A DNA stretch of 64,000 bases from Gammaproteobacteria bacterium (GTDB lineage: Bacteria; Pseudomonadota; Gammaproteobacteria; Natronospirales; DASSBR01): contig DASSJY010000018.1 in the NCBI GenBank assembly GCA_035690945.1, positions 48,590-112,589 of the forward strand. Direction: 5' to 3'. Positions within the stretch are counted from its first letter, which is position 1. Every line of letters starts with the position of its first letter. Shown piece by piece: positions 54,154 through 62,897 of the stretch. The position numbers and the translations under genes are program-made. Below the pieces are notes generated by a model. It had not been told where the DNA came from. It was given only the letters and a program-made list of their open reading frames with translations, and did no database searches.

Positions 54154-56412
54154 ATGAGCGCCGCCAACAAATCCGCCGCGCGCGCCATCAACCGCGCCGA
54201 AATTGTCGATAACAACTTCACCGCCTTCGTCGAATCCTGGGACGAAGACCAGCCGTCGCGGCCGGCGCTCGACGCCCCGCTCGTCGACGGCAGCCCGCTG
54301 ACCGGCGCAGTTTTCCTCGAATTATTCGAATCCCAACTGCTCTCGCGGCATCTCGACCTGATCGCGCGTGCGATGCGGCTGCGCAACGAGGGCTTTTACA
54401 CGATCGGCAGCTCGGGGCACGAATGCAACGCGGCGGTGGCGCGGGTCGCCCGCCACACCGACCCGGCGTTTCTGCACTACCGCAGCGGCGGTTTCATGAT
54501 GGAGCGCGCACGCCATGTGCCGGGCATCGACCCCGTCTACGACACCGCGCTGTCGCTGGCGGCCGGCGCCGAGGACCCGATTTCCGGCGGTCGGCACAAG
54601 GTCTGGGGCAGCGTACCGTTATGGGTGCCGCCGCAGACCAGCACCATCGCGAGCCACTTGCCCAAGGCCGTCGGTACCGCGATTGCGATCGCACAATCCA
54701 CCCGCCTCAAGGCGGGCTTGCCGGTGCCGGCGGACAGCATCGTACTCGCCAGCTTCGGCGATGCGAGCGCCAATCACAGCACCGCGCTGGGCGCGTTCAA
54801 CGCCGCCCAGTGGACGGCATATCAAAAGCTGCCGGCGCCGATCGTGTTTGTTTGCGAGGACAACGACACCGGTATTTCGGTGAGCACGCCGGCCGGCTGG
54901 ATCGAAGCAAACTTCAAGACGCGCCCGGGGCTGAAATACTTCCAGGCCGACGGCCTCGATCTCGTCGACACCTACGCAGTCACGAAAGAAGCGATCGACT
55001 GGTGCCGCGCGCATCGCGCGCCGGTGTTCCTGCACCTGCGCATGAAGCGGCTGCTCGGTCATGCCGGCACTGATTTCGAAACCGAGTATCGCTCGGTCGA
55101 GGCAGTCGAGGCAGTCGAGGCGCAGGACCCGCTGCTGATGAGCGCGGAGACGGCGCTGGAAACGGGGTTGCTGCAGCCTGCCGAAATCGTCGAACGTTAC
55201 GAAGCGGCCCGCGAGCGCGTCGCTGCGGCCGCCGCGAAAGCGGCCGGCCGACCCAAGTTGACCAGCGCCAAAGCGGTCATGGCACCGCTCGCGCCGTATC
55301 ACCCGCACGAAGTGAATACCGAAGCGACGCGCGCCGATTACGATGACGCGCGCGACGCAGCCTTCGGCGGTCGTCTGCCGGAAAACGACCCACCGCGCCA
55401 TCTTGCCATCCAGATCAACCGCGCGCTCGCCGACCTGATGGCGAAGTATCCCGAAGCGACCATTTTCGGCGAGGACGTGGCGCAGAAAGGCGGCGTCTAC
55501 ACCGTCACTACCGGCCTGATGAAAACCTTCAAGTCGGCGCGTGTGTTCAATACGCTGCTCGACGAACAGACCATTCTCGGGATGGCGCAAGGTGCGGCCT
55601 ACATGGGCCTCTTGCCGATTCCCGAAATCCAGTATCTCGCCTACCTGCACAACGCCTGCGACCAGATTCGCGGCGAAGCGGCGTCGATGCAGTTTTTCTC
55701 CAACAACCAGTACCGCAACGGGTTGGTCGCGCGCATCGCCTCGCTCGGCTACCAGAAGGGTTTCGGCGGCCACTTCCACAACGACAACAGCACGACCGCG
55801 CTGCGCGACATTCCCGGGCTGATCGTCGCCTGCCCCAGCCGCGGCGACGACGCAGCGATGATGCTGCGCACCTGCACTGCGCTCGCCAAAATCGACGGCC
55901 GCGTCGTTATATTCCTCGAGCCGATCGCGCTCTACATGACCAAGGACCTGCACGAGCCGAAGGACGGCGGCTGGCTGTTCGATTACCCGGCGCCGGACCG
56001 GGCCGTGCCGCTGGGCGAAGGGCGCGTGTACAACCCGAAGGCGAAAGACCTGCTGATCGTCACCTACGGCAACGGCGTAGTGATGTCGCTACGCGTCGCC
56101 AAACGTATCGAGGATGAAACCGGTAAAAAGATTCGTGTACTCGACCTGCGCTGGCTCAAGCCGCTCAACGTCGAGCAGATCGCCCAGCATGCCAACGATG
56201 TCGGCAAGGTACTGGTCGTCGACGAGGGCCGCCGCACCGGCGGAATCGCGGAAGAAATTTTCACGGCGCTCGATGAACATGCCGCGCCCGGCGTGCAAAA
56301 ACGCCGCGTCGCCGGCGAGGACAGCTTTATCCCGCTCGCTGATGCAGCGAATCTGGTGCTGCCTTCGGAAGACCAGATCTATTCAAACGCAATCGCAATC
56401 ATTAACGTCTGA
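54154..56412 (+). CDS. TPP-dependent 2-oxoacid dehydrogenase E1 component, fused alpha/beta subunits
   Basis: 752 aa. The N-terminal half is an E1-alpha-like TPP-binding region ('FGDASANHS'). The C-terminal half is a transketolase-like pyrimidine-binding region ('VFNTLLDEQTILGMAQGAA'). It starts 1 nt after the gcdH stop. Confidence 0.75.
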   Translation: MSAANKSAARAINRAEIVDNNFTAFVESWDEDQPSRPALDAPLVDGSPLTGAVFLELFESQLLSRHLDLIARAMRLRNEGFYTIGSSGHECNAAVARVARHTDPAFLHYRSGGFMMERARHVPGIDPVYDTALSLAAGAEDPISGGRHKVWGSVPLWVPPQTSTIASHLPKAVGTAIAIAQSTRLKAGLPVPADSIVLASFGDASANHSTALGAFNAAQWTAYQKLPAPIVFVCEDNDTGISVSTPAGWIEANFKTRPGLKYFQADGLDLVDTYAVTKEAIDWCRAHRAPVFLHLRMKRLLGHAGTDFETEYRSVEAVEAVEAQDPLLMSAETALETGLLQPAEIVERYEAARERVAAAAAKAAGRPKLTSAKAVMAPLAPYHPHEVNTEATRADYDDARDAAFGGRLPENDPPRHLAIQINRALADLMAKYPEATIFGEDVAQKGGVYTVTTGLMKTFKSARVFNTLLDEQTILGMAQGAAYMGLLPIPEIQYLAYLHNACDQIRGEAASMQFFSNNQYRNGLVARIASLGYQKGFGGHFHNDNSTTALRDIPGLIVACPSRGDDAAMMLRTCTALAKIDGRVVIFLEPIALYMTKDLHEPKDGGWLFDYPAPDRAVPLGEGRVYNPKAKDLLIVTYGNGVVMSLRVAKRIEDETGKKIRVLDLRWLKPLNVEQIAQHANDVGKVLVVDEGRRTGGIAEEIFTALDEHAAPGVQKRRVAGEDSFIPLADAANLVLPSEDQIYSNAIAIINV
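55096..55122. repeat. Three tandem 9-bp units inside the E1 gene
   Basis: GTCGAGGCA GTCGAGGCA GTCGAGGCG, encoding VEAVEAVEA. Confidence 0.9.
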
Positions 56413-56430
56413 CACCTGACATAGAAGAAT

Positions 56431-56494
56431 CCCCTCCAACCCCCTTTGCCACCGCAGGCGGGAAAGGGGAGTTGAAGGGGGTTCCTTGTTTTTT
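56431..56494 (+). terminator. Long imperfect hairpin plus T-run between convergent genes
   Basis: CCCCTCCAACCCCCTTT...AAAGGGGAGTTGAAGGGGG followed by TTCCTTGTTTTTT, immediately after the E1 gene stop. Confidence 0.5.
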
Positions 56495-58094
56495 ATCGAA
56501 CCCGCCGCCAGCGGAAGTCGCGAAGAATCTCCCTGGCCGCGTTGTGACCCGGCGCGCCAGTCACTCCGCCGCCCGGATGCGAGCCTGATCCGCACATATA
56601 CAGCCCTGCAATCGGACCGCGATAATCGCCATGGCCCAGCACCGGGCGCGCGCTGAACAGTTGGTCCAGGCTCAACGCACCATGGAAAATATCGCCGCCG
56701 ACCAGACCGAATTTCCGTTCCAGGTCGAGCGGTGACAGCGTTTGCCGGCCCAGCACGCTTGCCTTGAAGTTCGGCGCGTAGTCGTTGACGGTGTCGATAA
56801 TCCGGTCGGCCGCCGCGTCGCGCTCGTCGTCCCACCGCCGCCCCTGCGGCAATTCGTAACGAAAATGCTGACAGAACAGGCTCGCGACATGCTGGCCCGG
56901 CGGCGCGAGCGTATCGTCGAGCGTGCTCGGAATCACCATCTCGACTACCGGTTGACGCGACCATCCGTCATCGCTTGCGTCGCGCCAGGCAGCGTCCATG
57001 TATTCGAGTGACGGCGCGATGATGATGCCGGCGCTGTGCTGTGGCTGCGGCCCATCCGGCAAACTCGTAAACCGCGGCAGTTCCGACAGCGCGACGTTCA
57101 TCCGAAACGTGGCGGATTCGCAGCGGTATTGACGGATGCGCTCCACGAAATCCGCGTCCAGCTCGGTGCATTCCATCAGCCCCAGGTACAACAGCTTCGG
57201 ATTGACGTTCGCGGCCACGGCGCGTGCGCGAAACTCGCGTCCATCCACCAGCGTCACGCCCGCCGCACGACCATGCCGGACATCGACCCGCGCGACCGGC
57301 GTCTCCGTATGCACCTCAACGCCCAGCCGCCGCGCCTCGGCCGCCATCGCCTGAGTGATGGCGCCCATGCCGCCGATCGCATGCCCCCAGACGCCCTGAC
57401 GGCCGTTCACTTCGCCGAACACGTGGTGCAGCAGCACGTAGGCCGAGCCGGGCGTGTAGGGGCTGGCGAAATTGCCGACGATGGAATCGAACCCAAACAC
57501 TGCCTTGATCGGATCCGATTCGAACCAGGCATCCAGCATCTCGCCCGCGCTCTTGGTGAACAGCGCCAGCACATCGCGGCGCGTCGCGATCGGCAGCTTT
57601 TCGAAGCGCCGTCCGAGGGAAACAGCGCGCAGCAGATCGGTAATACCGCCGCCGCTGTTCGGCGGAGTCTTGAGTATCTGTTCACGCAACAGATTTGCGA
57701 CAGCGTCCAGCATCGTGGCGTAGCTTGGCAATGCCTCGGCATCGCGCTTCGAAAACCGCGCCACCTCGCGTTGATCGGCCTGCGCCTCGCCCGTCAGCGT
57801 CAACGAGCGGCCGTCCGCGAGCGGCAGAAAATTGTTCGCCCGCCGCGGCACGATGCGCAAGCCATGCCTGGCGAGTCGCAAGTCGCGAATGACTTTTGGA
57901 TTGAGCAGACTGACGGTGTAGCTTGCGACGGAGTTGCGAAAATCCGGATAAAACTCTTCCGTGACCGCCGCGCCGCCGATCACAGGCCGGCGCTCGAACA
58001 CCGCCACCTTGAGCCCCGCGCGTGCCAGATAGCACGCGCATGTCAGACCGTTGTGGCCGCCGCCGATGATGATGACGTCGTAGTTCATGGACAT
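56493..58094 (-). CDS. Phytoene-desaturase-family NAD(P)/FAD-dependent oxidoreductase
   Basis: 'YDVIIIGGGHNGLTCACYLARAGLKVAVFERR' dinucleotide fold and 'GSGSHPGGGVTGAPG' C-terminal motif of CrtI-like enzymes. Confidence 0.75.
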   Translation of the reverse strand: MSMNYDVIIIGGGHNGLTCACYLARAGLKVAVFERRPVIGGAAVTEEFYPDFRNSVASYTVSLLNPKVIRDLRLARHGLRIVPRRANNFLPLADGRSLTLTGEAQADQREVARFSKRDAEALPSYATMLDAVANLLREQILKTPPNSGGGITDLLRAVSLGRRFEKLPIATRRDVLALFTKSAGEMLDAWFESDPIKAVFGFDSIVGNFASPYTPGSAYVLLHHVFGEVNGRQGVWGHAIGGMGAITQAMAAEARRLGVEVHTETPVARVDVRHGRAAGVTLVDGREFRARAVAANVNPKLLYLGLMECTELDADFVERIRQYRCESATFRMNVALSELPRFTSLPDGPQPQHSAGIIIAPSLEYMDAAWRDASDDGWSRQPVVEMVIPSTLDDTLAPPGQHVASLFCQHFRYELPQGRRWDDERDAAADRIIDTVNDYAPNFKASVLGRQTLSPLDLERKFGLVGGDIFHGALSLDQLFSARPVLGHGDYRGPIAGLYMCGSGSHPGGGVTGAPGHNAAREILRDFRWRRVR

Positions 58095-58161
58095 CCTGAA
58101 CTTTTGGTAACCTTCACCGCCTAAACCACGGCGGCGGGTTTGCCAGCAAAAGGAAAATTAC

Positions 58162-61011
58162 GTGCATTATACAAACAGACTTCGCCGCGCCTGCGGCGTC
58201 AGCCTGACAGTCGGCCTGATGATCGCCGGCCTCGCCCATGCGGCCACGCCGAATGCGACCGAACCGGCGGCGCAGATGGGCCAAATAACTGTGGTCGGTA
58301 TGCCGCTGCAGCCGCTCGCCGCAGACAACGCAACGCCGGTATTGAACATCGACCAGGCCGAGATCAAGGCGACCGGCCTGAAGTCCGTCGGCGAAATTCT
58401 GCAGCGCCTGACGATCGCCGGCTCCGCGCCCAACGCGACCTTCAATTTCAATTCGACCGGCGAAACCAATGTCGATCTCCGCAATCTCGGCAGCCAGCGC
58501 GTGCTGGTGCTGGTCAACGGCCGTCGCTGGGTGACCGGCCTCGACGGCAATGTCGATCTGAACACGATTCCGCTGGCGATGATCGACCACATCGAAATCT
58601 ACAAGGGCGGTCACGCCGCACGCTTCGGCTCCGGCGCGATCACCGGCGTCATCAACCTCGTAACCCGCAAGAACTTTTCCGGTGCAGAGGCAAATGCCTA
58701 CTATGGCGAATACGTCGAAGGCAGCCACCGGGACGGGCGCACGCAATCCTACAGCTTCACGCTCGGCGCGAGCACCGACCGGGCCAACGTGGTGCTGAAC
58801 GCGTCGTACTTCGACCGCGAACCGATCTTCGGCGGCGACCGCGCGATCTCGTCGCTACCCCGCTTCGGCACCGGCACGACGCGCGGCAGTTCGACGACAC
58901 CGCAGGGCCGGTTCATCATCCGGAATCCGAACAGCGGTGAGACGCTCGATTTGACGGTCCGGCAGGGGCAGCCGGGCACGAATCCCGGCGATTTCCGGCC
59001 GTTCAACACGCTGACCGACCGCTACAACTTCGCGCCGGTCAACTACCTGCTGACGCCATCGGAGCGCAGCGGAATGTACGTGCAGGGCCTGTACCAGATC
59101 GCGCCGGAGGTGGTGTTTCACGCCGATGCGGTGTTCAACCGGCGCAAGTCCGAGCAGCGCGACGGGCCGTCCGAAATCGGGATCGGCGCAAACACCGCGT
59201 TCCCGCTGTCGATTGCCGCGTCCAACCCGTACAACCCGTTCGGCTACGACCTGGCCGCGACCGGCCCGGCCCCGACGCTGCTGCTGCTGACCCGCCAGAT
59301 CACTGAAACCGGTCCGCGGTTTTTTAACGAAAATGTCGACACGTACCAGTTCAGCGGCGGGTTCTCCGGCACCTTCGGCGCCGCTGCCGACGCGATCGGC
59401 TGGGGCGTGACCTATCTGTACAACCACAACGAGATGGGTGTGCTGGCGCAGAACCTGCTGAATGTCGCCCGCGTCCGCAACGCCCTCGGCCCGGCCGACC
59501 AGTGCGGTCCCGGGTCGGCGCATCCCGACTGCGTACCGCTCGACTTGTTCGGTGGGCAATACCAGGGCGGCACGATCACACCGGCGATGCTCAACTACAT
59601 CACCTACACCGGACAGCGTCAGGTCAACAGTTCGCTGCGCGACTACACCGCCCGCATGGGCGGCCGGATCGTGAACCTGCCGGCGGGTCCACTCGCGTTT
59701 ACCGTCGGCTACGAACATCGTGCCGAACGCGGCCAGGATGTACCCGATTCCATCAGCGCCGCCGGCAACTCGTTCGGCGATTTCGAGTCTCCCGCCGCTG
59801 GCGGCTTCGACGTCGATGCCGAATTTGCCGGCCTCGACGTGCCGCTGCTCGCCGATCTGCCGGGGGCGCAACAACTTGCTGTTTCGCTCGAAGCGCGCCA
59901 CGCCGAATTCAACACCTTCGGCAGCGTAGACGCCCATCGCGCCGGTCTCCAATGGCAGCCGAGCGAAAACTGGCTGGTGCGCGCGCACTGGTCGACGGAT
60001 TTCCGGGCGCCGACAATTCGGGAAATGTTCGGCGGCTCGGGCGTCGGCGCGCCGATGCTCACCGACCCGTGCAGCAACTACAAGGCCGCGGGCGTGGCCG
60101 CCGCGGCCTGCGCGGCCGCCGGAGTACCTTCAGGTTACACGCAACAGCCCGCGCAGCAGATACGTACCGTCAGCGGTGCCAATCCGGGCTTGAACCCGGA
60201 AACCTCGACCTCGCGCGGCATCGGTCTGGTGTTCGCGCCGACATGGCTGGACACGCTGCAAATCAGCGTCGATTACTGGAAGATCGAAGTCGACAACGCC
60301 ATCACTCAATTGGACCCGCAGCAGATCCTGAACGGTTGCTACGTCGGTGGCGTGCAAGGCTACTGCGCGCAGATCGAACGTGCCGCGAGCGGCGTCATCA
60401 CCAGCATCGACAACCGGATGACCAATGCCGGCAATGTGTTGACGTCAGGTTTCGACACCGGCGTCGCCTACGCCTTCCCCGCCACCGACTGGGGCCGGTT
60501 CGGCCTCGACTGGCGCACCACCTGGTTGCGCGAGTTCCGGGAAACGCTGACGCACTACTCGGAGAAGGGAGCGAACCCGCTTGCGACCCGCCGGGCCGGC
60601 GAGGAATTCGGCCGTATCGGCGGCTTTCCACGGGTGCGCTCGAACCTGGACCTCAACTGGCACCTCGGGGCATGGTCGACGGATCTGCTGATGCGCTATA
60701 TCAGCGACATGAGCGAAAGCTGCAGTGACTCGTTCGACGGCACCCCGCTGAGCTTCACCAGCCTGGGGCTGTGCTCGTACCCGAACACGACCGACCAGAG
60801 CCTGTCGCGCAACAAGCTGGGCGCGACGACGTATTTCGATGTTCGGGCAAGCTACGACTTCAAGGCAATCGATACGACGGTGTCGTTCGGCATTCGCAAC
60901 TTGTTTGACCGTCAGCCGCCAGTGTCGATGACCGCAAGCGGGAGCTTTGAGCACACGATTTATCCCGTGCCGGGACGGTTTCCGTATGTGAGTCTTGAAG
61001 CGCGGTTCTAA
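58162..61011 (+). CDS. TonB-dependent outer-membrane receptor
   Basis: Signal peptide 'MIAGLAHA'. Plug motifs 'QITVVG', 'VLVLVNGRRW' and 'IEIYKGG'. 949 aa, ending in '...VSLEARF' (terminal Phe). Confidence 0.9.
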   Translation: MHYTNRLRRACGVSLTVGLMIAGLAHAATPNATEPAAQMGQITVVGMPLQPLAADNATPVLNIDQAEIKATGLKSVGEILQRLTIAGSAPNATFNFNSTGETNVDLRNLGSQRVLVLVNGRRWVTGLDGNVDLNTIPLAMIDHIEIYKGGHAARFGSGAITGVINLVTRKNFSGAEANAYYGEYVEGSHRDGRTQSYSFTLGASTDRANVVLNASYFDREPIFGGDRAISSLPRFGTGTTRGSSTTPQGRFIIRNPNSGETLDLTVRQGQPGTNPGDFRPFNTLTDRYNFAPVNYLLTPSERSGMYVQGLYQIAPEVVFHADAVFNRRKSEQRDGPSEIGIGANTAFPLSIAASNPYNPFGYDLAATGPAPTLLLLTRQITETGPRFFNENVDTYQFSGGFSGTFGAAADAIGWGVTYLYNHNEMGVLAQNLLNVARVRNALGPADQCGPGSAHPDCVPLDLFGGQYQGGTITPAMLNYITYTGQRQVNSSLRDYTARMGGRIVNLPAGPLAFTVGYEHRAERGQDVPDSISAAGNSFGDFESPAAGGFDVDAEFAGLDVPLLADLPGAQQLAVSLEARHAEFNTFGSVDAHRAGLQWQPSENWLVRAHWSTDFRAPTIREMFGGSGVGAPMLTDPCSNYKAAGVAAAACAAAGVPSGYTQQPAQQIRTVSGANPGLNPETSTSRGIGLVFAPTWLDTLQISVDYWKIEVDNAITQLDPQQILNGCYVGGVQGYCAQIERAASGVITSIDNRMTNAGNVLTSGFDTGVAYAFPATDWGRFGLDWRTTWLREFRETLTHYSEKGANPLATRRAGEEFGRIGGFPRVRSNLDLNWHLGAWSTDLLMRYISDMSESCSDSFDGTPLSFTSLGLCSYPNTTDQSLSRNKLGATTYFDVRASYDFKAIDTTVSFGIRNLFDRQPPVSMTASGSFEHTIYPVPGRFPYVSLEARF

Positions 61012-61036
61012 AGGTTTGTGCCGCAGACGGCTCAAC

Positions 61037-61561
61037 CTACTGCCGCCGGTACAAGCCTACCAACTCGGCCTCACCAAGTTCATGCCCCCGCATGGCGTGC
61101 AAAAGCTCGGCCTTCGTCAGATGACCCTGCGCCGGCAGACGCGCATCCAACGCATAAAGCTTGAAATGATAATGATGAACACCGGAAGGCGGGCACATGC
61201 CGGTGTAGGCGGCATCACCGTGGCTGTTGGTGCCGAATTGCGGCGCGCCCGTCGAGGACGTGATGTCCGGTGCGAGATGCGTCATCGCCGCGGGCAAATT
61301 ATATAGTACCCAGTGGACAAACGTGCCATGCGGCGCGTCCGGATCGTCGACGATCAACGCCAGGCTCTGCGTGCCGCTGGGGACGCCCTGCCACGCGAGG
61401 GGCGGCGAAATCCCGCTTCCGTCGCAGGTGTAGCGCACCGGAATGGCATCGCCGGCGGTAAATGCCGGCGACGTTAATTGAAAACCGCCGGCCGCGAGAG
61501 CCGCGCCGGCGGTCACCAGAAGCATCGCGGCCGTGTATGCGGCCGCAAGTTTGGATTTCAT
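61037..61561 (-). CDS. YbhB/YbcL family (PEBP/Raf kinase inhibitor-like) periplasmic protein
   Basis: Signal peptide. 'IPVRYTCDGSGISPPLAW', 'LALIVDDPDAP' and 'FVHWVLYNLP' are PEBP-family motifs. Confidence 0.85.
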   Translation of the reverse strand: MKSKLAAAYTAAMLLVTAGAALAAGGFQLTSPAFTAGDAIPVRYTCDGSGISPPLAWQGVPSGTQSLALIVDDPDAPHGTFVHWVLYNLPAAMTHLAPDITSSTGAPQFGTNSHGDAAYTGMCPPSGVHHYHFKLYALDARLPAQGHLTKAELLHAMRGHELGEAELVGLYRRQ

Positions 61562-61599
61562 GGCGACATCTCCATATGCTGCCCGACTTCCGGTTCGGC

Positions 61600-62130
61600 T
61601 TACTTCTCGCCTTCGAACTCGTTCAAAGCCTTGACCATCTCGTCATTGAGATCGTAGCTGTCAGAGGCAAACGCGACGGCTTCGGTGGTGCGATTCAGGA
61701 TCAGCGTATAGCCGTGCTTCTTGGCGTACTGGGCCAGCACCTTTTTCATATCTTGAATGATCGGCTTCAGCAGATCCGAGCGGCGCTTCTCAACTTCGTT
61801 CTGGCTGTTCTGGATATCCTGCTGAAACGCGCCGGCAGACTGCTGAAACGCCGCAACCTTCTTCTTGAACGCGTCGCTCTTCTTGTCCTTGGCTGCCTGC
61901 AGGTCCGCCTTGGTGGCCTCGAGCTTTGCCTTTTCCTTGTCGAGTGACGCCTTCTTCTTGTTGTAAAGCGCCTGCAGGGCGTCGTGAGCCGCCTGGCCGC
62001 GCTTGGAATGAGAGACGATGTAGTTCACGTCGATGACGCCGATCTTCGGCGTTGTCGCAGCTGCGGCCGCGCCGCTGGCAAATAGTGCTGCGGCGGCGAA
62101 CAGACCAATCAAAAACTTGTAACGTTGCAT
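61600..62130 (-). CDS. OmpH/Skp family periplasmic chaperone
   Basis: Signal peptide, 'KIGVIDVNYIVSHSKRGQAA' and a long K/A/E/Q coiled-coil arm. 176 aa. Confidence 0.8.
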   Translation of the reverse strand: MQRYKFLIGLFAAAALFASGAAAAATTPKIGVIDVNYIVSHSKRGQAAHDALQALYNKKKASLDKEKAKLEATKADLQAAKDKKSDAFKKKVAAFQQSAGAFQQDIQNSQNEVEKRRSDLLKPIIQDMKKVLAQYAKKHGYTLILNRTTEAVAFASDSYDLNDEMVKALNEFEGEK

Positions 62131-62150
62131 GAACCGTACCTGTCAGTTGT

Positions 62151-62176
62151 AAACAAAAGGCGGCAAGCAGGCCGCC
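62151..62176 (-). terminator. Intrinsic-terminator-like hairpin in the leader of the skp-like gene
   Basis: On the minus strand: GGCGGC-CTGCTT-GCCGCC followed by TTTTGTTT. It ends 20 nt upstream of the skp-like ATG (62130). Confidence 0.6.
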
Positions 62177-62240
62177 GGGCGCTAGTATAACGTGCGCGCC
62201 GGCGTATTCCAGCCATTTTGCGCGTGTCGCGCCGAGCGCC

Positions 62241-62269
62241 TTTATACACAATGCCGCGATCCGTGTAAA
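62241..62269 (-). promoter_or_regulatory. Sigma70-type promoter reading toward the skp-like gene
   Basis: On the minus strand: TTTACA (62269-62264), then a 17-nt spacer, then TATAAA (62246-62241). Confidence 0.55.
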
Positions 62270-62433
62270 AAACCGGTCGCAATGTTGACGGCAGTCACCG
62301 GTGGAACTGCCGCAGCATCCGGTAAGTTATTGAAAAACAGAGCGTTACATGATCTGGCCAAGTTTTGACCGTTTTGAAGAGAAGCCGCTGACGATGCGCC
62401 TTCGACCGTGGCGGATGGCCTTCGTCCACAGAG

Positions 62434-62456
62434 TTATCCACAAATTTTGTGGATAA
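62434..62456. promoter_or_regulatory. Perfect 23-bp palindrome made of two inverted consensus DnaA boxes
   Basis: TTATCCACA-AATTT-TGTGGATAA. A third, weaker box (TCGTCCACA) lies at 62422-62430 in the orientation of the first box. Confidence 0.7.
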
Positions 62457-62535
62457 GCTGGATTCACTTTGCGTTACAGTCGCTTAGGCGTAACTCGTAA
62501 GGTTCTGCCTCACCGATACGCGCTAAGCCGGTGCG

Positions 62536-62549
62536 GATTGTTAACAATC
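62536..62549. repeat. Perfect 14-bp palindrome GATTGTTAACAATC
   Basis: Read directly from the sequence. It lies about 70 nt upstream of the rpmE -35 element. Confidence 0.8.
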
Positions 62550-62615
62550 GCTGCCGACGGCCGGTTTCCCGGGGCCGACGAACGGTCATGGGCCTGCACC
62601 GCCCTTATCCAGGGA

Positions 62616-62645
62616 TTGCTTCGCACCCTGGTGGCCCACTATAAT
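62616..62645 (+). promoter_or_regulatory. Sigma70-type promoter of rpmE
   Basis: TTGCTT (62616-62621), then an 18-nt spacer, then TATAAT (62640-62645), 44 nt upstream of the ATG. Confidence 0.6.
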
Positions 62646-62689
62646 GCGTGGTTCCATCGCATCAGGCGAACCCAGATTCAGAGGCAACG

Positions 62690-62887
62690 ATGAAACCCGA
62701 GATTCATCCCGAATACAAAGAGGTCACTGTGACTTGCAGTTGCGGCGATACCTTCAAGACCCGCTCGACCGCGGGCCACGACCTGCACGTCGAAGTCTGC
62801 TCGCAGTGCCACCCGTTTTTTACCGGCAAGCAGAAGATCGTCGACACCGCCGGCCGCGTGGACAAGTTCCGCCGCAAGTACGGCTAA
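62690..62887 (+). CDS. rpmE: 50S ribosomal protein L31 (Cys-containing, Zn-ribbon type)
   Basis: Start at ATG 62690 ([19 protein letters not shown]...[13 protein letters not shown]). The upstream extension from 62648 was rejected. A promoter and a terminator were both found. Confidence 0.95.
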   Translation: MKPEIHPEYKEVTVTCSCGDTFKTRSTAGHDLHVEVCSQCHPFFTGKQKIVDTAGRVDKFRRKYG

Positions 62888-62897
62888 GGCGACGCGG

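Noticed and set aside
55096-55122. Whether the short tandem repeats (9-bp x3 here, and CTG x5 at 21181-21201) are CRISPR or other repeat arrays.
   Set aside because: They are in-frame micro-repeats inside coding sequences, with no spacers. No CRISPR-like repeat-spacer array or cas genes were seen anywhere in the window.
62131-62689. Whether the DnaA-box palindrome region is the chromosomal origin (oriC).
   Set aside because: It has only two perfect boxes and one weak box. There is no AT-rich unwinding element or 13-mer array, and no dnaA/dnaN/rpmH/mnmG context.
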